This document shows, in pieces, positions 1 to 9,410 of a DNA stretch of 64,000 bases. Source of the stretch: Auanema rhodensis. Lineage: Eukaryota > Animalia > Nematoda. The stretch covers positions 9,796,001 through 9,860,000 of the forward strand of contig OZ059895.1 in the NCBI GenBank assembly GCA_964057225.1, in the 5' to 3' direction. The notes below the pieces were generated by a model. That model saw only the letters and a list, made by a program, of their open reading frames with translations, was not told the origin of the DNA and searched no databases. Made by a program: the position numbers and the translations under genes. Every line of letters begins with the position of its first letter. Positions within the stretch are counted from its first letter, which is position 1.

Positions 1-182
1 ATAAACCAGTAGTTGTTGAACCTTCATCTTAACTTTACTGTTTCTATCTATTTCCTATCGAAACAAACATTGTTCAAACACTATGCAACTATGAAACCTT
101 TTTTAATTTATTGTATTTGGAGCTCATAAAATTTGATATCATTGAGGGATCCAGATGAAACGTGGAAAATTACATAACTAAC

Positions 183-330
183 ATGAAATTGGAAAAAAAA
201 GTATAACGAGGATAAGTAGGTAAACCATTGAATATCAGATATTTTCGCTTACGACCATACCACGTTGAAAGTACGCCATACAGCTGATATTCAATTTTAT
301 CTCTTCCGTAACAAATGTTTTCAATTTTCA
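183..330. repeat. Imperfect inverted repeat (fold-back) centred on the 5S-like fragment, in every monomer
   Basis: ATTGAATATCAG (227-238) is the exact reverse complement of CTGATATTCAAT (284-295), with one mismatch in the commoner CTGATTTTCAAT variant. Outer pairings are GATAA (211-215)/TTATC (297-301) and TGAAATTGGAAAA (184-196)/TTTTCAATTTTCA (318-330). Confidence 0.7.
247..279 (+). pseudogene. 5'-terminal 33-nt fragment of 5S rRNA embedded in the monomer (representative copy; recurs once per monomer, e.g. 647, 1047, 1448); not a complete 5S gene
   Basis: GCTTACGACCATACCACGTTGAAAGTACGCCAT versus the C. elegans 5S 5' end as I recall it, GCTTACGACCATATCACGTTGAATGCACGCCAT, gives 30/33 identity (31/33 for the ATATCAC variant at 1448-1480). 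Similarity stops before the conserved C(C/T)CGTCCGATC and box A region. The comparison is from memory, not a search. Confidence 0.8.
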
Positions 331-3300
331 AGCAGTTTTACTTAAATAGCTCAACCAAAGGAGAGCAAATTATCTTCAATCTTATTTCTATATTACAGTT
401 ATAAACCAGTAGTTGTTGAACCTTCATCTTAACTTTACTGTTTCTATCTATTTCCTATCGAAACAAACATTGTTCAAACACCATGCAACTATAAAACCTT
501 TTTTAATTTATTGTATTTGGAGCTCATAAAATTTGATATCATTGAGGGATCCAGATGAAACGTGGAAAATTACATAACTAACATGAAATTTGAAAAAAAA
601 CTATAACGGGGATAAGTATGTTAACGATTGAATATCAGATATTTTCGCTTACGACCATACCACGTTGAAAGTACGCCATACAGCTGATTTTCAATTTTAT
701 CTCTTCCGTAACATATGTTTCCAATTTTCAAGCAGTTTTACTTAAATAGCTCAACCAAAGGAAAGCAAATTATCTTCAATCTCATTTCTATATTACAGTT
801 ATAAACCAGTAGTTGTTGAACCTTCATCTTAACTTTACTGTTTCTATCTATTTCCTATCGAAACAAACATTGTTCAAACACTATGCAACTATGGAACCTT
901 TTTTAATTTATTGTATTTGGAGCTCATAAAATTTGATATCATTGAGGGATCCAGATGAAACGTGGAAAATTACATAACTAACATGAAATTGGAAAAAAAA
1001 GTATAACGAGGATAAGTAGGTAAACCATTGAATATCAGATATTTTCGCTTACGACCATACCACGTTGAAAGTACGCCATACAGCTGATTTTCAATTTTAT
1101 CTCTTCCGTAACATATGTTTTCAATTTTCAAGCAGTTTTACTTAAATAGCTAAACCAAAGGAGAGCAAATTATCTTCAATCTTATTTCTATATTACAGTT
1201 ATAAACCAGTAGTTGTTGAACCTTCATCTTAACTTTACTGTTTCTATCTATTTCCTATCAAAACAAACATTGTTTAAACACTATGCAACTATGAAACCCT
1301 TTTTAATTTATTGTATTTGGAGCTCATAAGAATTGATATCATTGAGGGATCCAGATGAAACGTGGAAAGTTACGTAACTAACATGAAATTGGAAAAAAAA
1401 ACTATAACGGGGATAAGTATGTTAACGATTGAATATCAGATATTTTCGCTTACGACCATATCACGTTGAAAGTACGCCATACAGCTGATTTTCAATTTTA
1501 TCTCTTCCGTAACATATGTTTTCAATTTTCAAGCAGTTTTACTTAAATAGCTAAACCAAAGGAGAGCAAATTATCTTCAATCTTATTTCTATATTACAGT
1601 TATAAACCAGTAGTTGTTGAACCTTCATCTTAACTTTACTGTTTCTATCTATTTCCTATCAAAACAAACATTGTTTAAACACTATGCAACTATGAAACCT
1701 TTTTTAATTTATTCTATTTGGAGCTCATAAAATTTGATATCATTGAGGGATCCAGATAAAACGTGGAAAATTACATAACTAACATGAAATTGGAAAAAAA
1801 AGTATAACGAGGATAAGTAGGTAAACCATTGAATATCAGATATTTTCGCTTACGACCATACCACGTTGAAAGTACGCCATACAGCTGATTTTCAATTTTA
1901 TCTTTTCCGTAACAAATGTTTTCAATTTTCAAGCACTTTTACTTAGATAGCTCAACCAAAGGAAAGCAAATTATCTTCAATTTTATTTCTATATTACAGT
2001 TATAAACCAGTAGGTAATGAAACCTTCATATTGAATTTACTGTTTCTATCTATTTCCTATTAAAACAAACATTGTTCAAACACTATGCAACTATGAAACC
2101 TTCTTTAGTTTATTGTATTTGGAGCTCATAAAATTTGATATCATCGAGGGATCCAGATGGAACGTGGAAAATTACATAACTAAAATGAAATTGGAAAAAA
2201 AAGTATAACAAGGATAAGTATGTTAACGATTGAATATCAGATATTTTCGCTTACGACCATACCACGTTGAAAGTACGCCATACAGCTGATTTTCAATTTT
2301 ATCTTTTCCGTAACAAATGTTTTCAATTTTCAAGCACTTTTACTTAGATAGCTCAACCAAAGGAAAGCAAATTATCTTCAATTTTATTTTTATATTACAG
2401 TTATAAACCAGTAGGTAATGAAACCTTCATCTTGAATTTACTGTTTCTATCTATTTCCTATCAAAACAAACATTGTTCAAACACTATGCAACTATGAAAA
2501 CTTTTTTAATTTATTGTATTTGGAGCTCATAAAATTTGATATCATCGAGGGATCCAGATGGAACGTGGAAAATTACATAACTAACATGAAATTGGAAAAA
2601 AAGTATAACGAGGATAAGTATGTTAACGATTGAATATCAGATATTTTCGCTTACGACCATACCACGTTGAAAGTATGCCATACAGCTGATTTTCAATTTT
2701 ATCTTTTCCGTAACAAATGTTTTCAATTTTCAAGCACTTTTACTTAGATAGCTCAACCAAAGGAAAGCAAATTATCTTCAATCTTATTTCTATATTACAG
2801 TTATAAACCAGTAGTTGTTGAACCTTCATCTTAACTTTACTGTTTCTATCTATTTCCTATCAAAACATCATTGTTTAAACACTATACAACTGTGAAACCT
2901 TTTTTAATTTATTGTATTTGGAGCTCATAATATTTGATATCATCGAGGAATCCAGATGGAAAGTGGAAAATTACATAACTAACATGAAATTGGAAAAAAA
3001 AGTATAACAAGGAGAAGTATGTTAACGATTGAATATCAGATATTTTCGCTTACGACCATACCACGTTAAAAGTACGCCATACAGCTGATTTTCAATTTTA
3101 TCTCTTCCGTAACAAATGTTTTCAATTTTCAAGCACTTTTACTTAGATAGCTCAACCAAAGAAAAGCAAATTATCTTCAATTCTTTTTCTATATTACAGT
3201 TATAAACCAGTAGATAATGAACCTTCATCTCGACTTTACTGTTTCTATCTATTTCCTATCGAAACAAACATTGTTTAAACACTATACAACTGTGAAACCT

Positions 3301-3399
3301 TTTTTAATTTATTGTATTTGTAGCTCATAAAATTTTATATCATCGAGGGATCCAGATGGAAGGTGGAAAATTACATAACTAACATGAAATTTGAAAAAA

Positions 3400-6300
3400 A
3401 ACTATAACGGGGATAAGTATGTTAACGATTGAATATCAGATATTTTTGCTTACGACCATACCACGTTGAAAGTACGCCATACAGCTGATATTCAATTTTA
3501 TCTCTTCCGTAACAAATCTTTTCAATTTTCAAGCACTTTTACTTGGATAGCTCAACCAAAGGAAAGCAAATTATCTTCAATCTCATTTCTATATTACAGT
3601 TATAAACCAGTAGTTGTTGAACCTTCATCTTAACTTCACTGTTTCTATCTATTTCCTATCGAAACAAACATTGTTCAAACACTATGCAACTATGAAACCT
3701 TTTTAAATTTATTGTATTTGGAGCTCATAAAATTTGATATCATTGAGGGATCCAGATGAAACGTGGAAAATTACATAACTAACATGAAATTGGAAAAAAA
3801 AGTATAACGAGGATAAGTAGGTAAACCATTGAATATCAGATATTTTCGCTTACGACCATACCACGTTGAAAGTACGCCATACAGCTGATATTCAATTTTA
3901 TCTCTTCCGTAACATATGTTTTCAATTTTCAAGCAGTTTTACTTAAATAGCTCAACCAAAGGAGAGCAAATTATCTTCAATCTTATTTCCATATTACAGT
4001 TATAAACCAGTAGTTGTTGAACCTTCATCTTAACTTTACTGTTTCTATCTATTTCCTATCAAAACAAAGATTGTTTAAACACTATGCAACTATGAAACCT
4101 TTTTTAATTTATTGTATTTGGAGCTCATAAGAATTGATTTCATTGAGGGATACAGATGAAACGTGGAAAGTTACATAACTAACATGAAATTTGAAAAAAA
4201 ACTATAACGGGGATAAGTATGTTAACGATTGAATATCAGATATTTTCGCTAACGACCATACCACGTTGAAAGTACGCCATACAGCTGATTTTCAATTTTA
4301 TGTTTTCCGTAACAAATGTTTTCAATTTTCAAGCACTTTTACTTAGATAGCTCAACCAAAGGAAAGCAAATTATCTTCAATTTTATTTCTATATTACAGT
4401 TATAAACCAGTAGATAATGAACCTTCATCTCGACTTTACTGTTTCTATCCATTTCCTATCGAAACAAACATTGTTTAAACACTATACAACTGTGAAACCT
4501 TTTTTAATTTATTGTATTTGTAGCTCATAAAATTTGATATCATCGAGGGATCCAGATGGAACGTGGAAAATTACATTACTAACATGAAATTGGAAAAAAA
4601 AGTATAACAAGGATAAGTATGTTAACGATTGAATATCAGATATTTTCGCTTACGACCATACCACGTTGAAAGTACGCCATACAGCTGATTTTCAATTTTA
4701 TCTTTTCCGTAACAAATGTTTTCAATTTTCAAGCACTTTTACTTAGATAGCTCAACCAAAGGAAAGCAAATTATCTTCAATTTTATTTTTATATTACAGT
4801 TATAAACCAGTAGGTAATGAAACCTTCATCTTGAATTTACTGTTTCTATCTATTTCCTATCAAAACAAACATTGTTCAAACACTATGCAACTATGAAACC
4901 TTTTTAAATTTATTGTATTTGGAGCTCATAAAATTTGATATCATCGAGGGATCCAGATGGAACGTGGAAAATTACATAACTAAAATGAAATTGGAAAAAA
5001 AAGTATAACAAGGATAAGTATGTTAACGATTGAATATCAGATATTTTCGCTTACGACCATACCACGTTGAAAGTACGCCATACAGCTGATTTTCAATTTT
5101 ATCTTTTCCGTAACAAATGTTTTCAATTTTCAAGCACTTTTACTTAGATAGCTCAACCAAAGGAAAGCAAATTATCTTCAACTTTATTTCTATATTACAG
5201 TTATAAACCAGTAGGTAATGAAACCTTCATCTTGAATTTACTGTTTCTATCTATTTCCTATCAAAACAAACATTGTTCAAACACTATGCAACTATGAAAC
5301 CTTTTTTAATTTATTGTATTTGGAGCTCATAAAATTTGATATCATCGAGGGATCCAGATGGAACGTGGAAAATTACATAACTAAAATGAAATTGGAAAAA
5401 AAAGTATAACAAGGATAAGTATGTTAACGATTGAATATCAGATATTTTCGCTTACGACCATACCACGTTGAAAGTACGCCATACAGCTGATTTTCAATTT
5501 TATCTTTTCCGTAACAAATGTTTTCACTTTTCAAGCACTTTTACTTAGATAGCTCAACCAAAGGAAAGCAAATTATCTTCAATTTTATTTCTATATTACA
5601 GTTATAAACCAGTAGGTAATGAAACCTTCATATTGAATTTACTGTTTCTATCTATTTCCTATTAAAACAAACATTGTTCAAACACTATGCAACTATGAAA
5701 CCTTTTTTAGTTTATTGTATTTGGAGCTCATAAAATTTGATATCATCGAGGGATCCAGATGGAACGTGGAAAATTACATAACTAAAATGAAAATGGAAAA
5801 AAAAGTATAACAAGGATAAGTATGTTAACGATTGAATATCAGATATTTTCGCTTACGACCATACCACGCTGAAAATACGCCATACAGCTGATTTTCAATC
5901 TTATCTTTTCCGTAACAAATGTTTTCAATTTTCAAGCACTTTTACTTAGATAGCTCAACCAAAGGAAAGCAAATTATCTTCAATTTTATTTCTATATTAC
6001 AGTTATAAACCAGTAGGTAATGAAACCTTCATCTTGAATTTACTGTTTCTATCTATTTCCTATCAAAACATCATTGTTTAAACACTATACAACTGTGAAA
6101 CCTTTTTTAATTTATTGTATTTGGAGCTCATAAAATTTTATATCATCGAGGGATCCAGATGGAAGGTGGAAAATTACATAACTAACATGAAATTGGAAAA
6201 AAAACTATAACGGGGATAAGTATGTTAACGATTGAATATCAGATATTTTCGCTTACGAGCATACCACGTTGAAAGTACGCCATACAGCTGATATTCAATT

Positions 6301-9300
6301 TTATCTCTTCCGTAACAAATCTTTTCAATTTTCAAGCACTTTTACTTGGATAGCTCAACCAAAGGAAAGCAAATTATCTTCAATCTCATTTCTATATTAC
6401 AGTTATAAACCAGTAGTTGTTGAACCTTCATCTTAACTTCACTGTTTCTATCTATTTCCTATCAAAACAAACATTGTTCAAACACTATGCAACTATGAAA
6501 CCTTTTTAAATTTATTGTATTTGGAGCTCATAAAATTTGATATCATTGAGGGATCCAGATGAAACGTGGAAAATTACATAACTAACATGAAATTGGAAAA
6601 AAAAGTATAACGAGGATAAGTAGGTAAACCATTGAATATCAGATATTTTCGCTTACGACCATACCACGTTGAAAGTACGCCATACAGCTGATATTCAATT
6701 TTATCTCTTCCGTAACATATGTTTTCAATTTTCAAGCAGTTTTACTTAAATAGCTCAACCAAAGGAGAGCAAATTATCTTCAATCTTATTTCCATATTAC
6801 AGTTATAAACCAGTAGTTGTTGAACCTTCATCTTAACTTTACTGTTTCTATCTATTTCCTATCAAAACAAACATTGTTTAAACACTATGCAACTATGAAA
6901 CCTTTTTTAATTTATTGTATTTGGAGCTCATAAGAATTGATTTCATTGAGGGATACAGATGAAACGTGGAAAGTTACATAACTAACATGAAATTGGAAAA
7001 AAAACTATAACGGGGATAAGTATGTTAACGATTGAATATCAGATATTTTCGCTTACGACCATATCGCGTTGAAAGTACGCCATACAGCTGATTTTCAATT
7101 TTATCTCTTCCGTAACATATGTTTTCAATTTTCAAGCAGTTTTACTTAAATAGCTCAACCAAAGGAGAGCAAATTATCTTCAATCTTATTTCTATATTAC
7201 AGTTATAAACCAGTAGATAATGAACCTTCATCTTGACTTTACTGTTTCTATCCATTTCCTATTGAAACAAACATTGTTTAAACACTGTACAACTGTGAAA
7301 CCTTTTTTAATTTATTGTATTTGGAGCTCATAAAATTTGATATCATCGAGGGATCCAGATGAAACGTGGAAAATTACATAACTAACATGAAATTTGAAAA
7401 AAAACTATAACGGGGATAAGTATGTTAACGATTGAATATCAGATATTTTCGCTAACGACCATACCACGTTGAAAGTACGCCATACAGCTGATTTTCAATT
7501 TTATGTTTTCCGTAACAAATGTTTTCAATTTTCAAGCACTTTTACTTAGATAGCTCAACCAAAGGAAAGCAAATTATCTTCAATTTTATTTCTATATTAC
7601 AGTTATAAACCAGTAGATAATGAACCTTCATCTCGACTTTACTGTTTCTATCTATTTCCTATCGAAACAAACATTGTTTAAACACTATACAACTGTGAAA
7701 CCTTTTTTAATTTATTGTATTTGTAGCTCATAAAATTTGATATCATCGAGGGATCCAGATGGAACGTGGAAAATTACATTACTAACATGAAATTGGAAAA
7801 AAAAAGTATAACAAGGATAAGTATGTTAACGATTGAATATCAGATATTTTCGCTTACGACCATACCACGTTGAAAGTACGCCATACAGCTGATTTTCAAT
7901 TTTATCTTTTCCGTAACAAATGTTTTCAATTTTCAAGCACTTTTACTTAGATAGCTCAACCAAAGGAAAGCAAATTATCTTCAATTTTATTTTTATATTA
8001 CAGTTATAAACCAGTAGGTAATGAAACCTTCATCTTGAATTTACTGTTTCTATCTATTTCCTATCAAAACAAACATTGTTCAAACACTATGCAACTATGA
8101 AACCTTTTTAAATTTATTGTATTTGGAGCTCATAAAATTTGATATCATCGAGGGATCCAGATGGAACGTGGAAAATTACATAACTAAAATGAAATTGGAA
8201 AAAAAAGTATAACAAGGATAAGTATGTTAACGATTGAATATCAGATATTTTCGCTTACGACCATACCACGTTGAAAGTACGCCATACAGCTGATTTTCAA
8301 TTTTATCTTTTCCGTAACAAATGTTTTCAATTTTCAAGCACTTTTACTTAGATAGCTCAACCAAAGGAAAGCAAATTATCTTCAACTTTATTTCTATATT
8401 ACAGTTATAAACCAGTAGGTAATGAAACCTTCATCTTGAATTTACTGTTTCTATCTATTTCCTATCAAAACAAACATTGTTCAAACACTATGCAACTATG
8501 AAACCTTTTTTAATTTATTGTATTTGGAGCTCATAAAATTTGATATCATCGAGGGATCCAGATGGAACGTGGAAAATTACATAACTAAAATGAAATTGGA
8601 AAAAAAAGTATAACAAGGATAAGTATGTTAACGATTGAATATCAGATATTTTCGCTTACGACCATACCACGTTGAAAGTACGCCATACAGCTGATTTTCA
8701 ATTTTATCTTTTCCGTAACAAATGTTTTCACTTTTCAAGCACTTTTACTTAGATAGCTCAACCAAAGGAAAGCAAATTATCTTCAATTTTATTTCTATAT
8801 TACAGTTATAAACCAGTAGGTAATAAAACCTTCATATTGAATTTACTGTTTCTATCTATTTCCTATTAAAACAAACATTGTTCAAACACTATGCAACTAT
8901 GAAACCTTTTTTAGTTTATTGTATTTGGAGCTCATAAAATTTGATATCATCGAGGGATCCAGATGGAACGTGGAAAATTACATAACTAAAATGAAAATGG
9001 AAAAAAAAGTATAACAAGGATAAGTATGTTAACGATTGAATATCAGATATTTTCGCTTACGACCATACCACGTTGAAAGTACGCCATACAGCTGATTTTC
9101 AATCTTATCTTTTCCGTAACAAATGTTTTCAATTTTCAAGCACTTTTACTTAGATAGCTCAACCAAAGGAAAGCAAATTATCTTCAATTTTATTTCTATA
9201 TTACAGTTATAAACCAGTAGGTAATGAAACCTTCATCTTGAATTTACTGTTTCTATCTATTTCCTATCAAAACATCATTGTTTAAACACTATACAACTGT

Positions 9301-9410
9301 GAAACCTTTTTTAATTTATTGTATTTGGAGCTCATAAAATTTTATATCATCGAGGGATCCAGATGGAAGGTGGAAAATTACATAACTAACATGAAATTGG
9401 AAAAAAAAGT
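3400..9410. repeat. Nested 7/8-monomer duplication (~3400-6200 vs ~6200-9410), itself repeated in the second 12.4-kb unit
   Basis: The same ordered variants occur in both blocks: ACTTGGAT, AACTTCACT, GGATACAG, GCTAACG, CATTACT, CAACTTT, TTCACTTT, GAAAATGG. Confidence 0.85.

Larger units (their letters stand above)
1..400 (+). repeat. Representative satellite monomer (phase arbitrary), ~30% GC
   Basis: 1-400 aligns without gaps to 401-800 and 801-1200. Hand count gives about 121 G+C in 400 nt. Confidence 0.98.

Noticed and set aside
1-400. Internal 200-bp dimer or shorter sub-repeat in the monomer
   Set aside because: The two halves show no alignment by eye. Only a short local duplication (TTTTCAATTTT twice, ~288-328) and TTTCTAT-like echoes are visible.
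1-400. Assignment to a named satellite family or species
   Set aside because: I do not recognise the monomer. The nematode suggestion rests only on the remembered 5S 5' sequence and needs a database search.
374-407. Minus-strand GGTTTATAACTG... as a spliced-leader exon
   Set aside because: Only the first 5-6 nt resemble SL1/SL2, and there is no AG|GT donor at ~22 nt.
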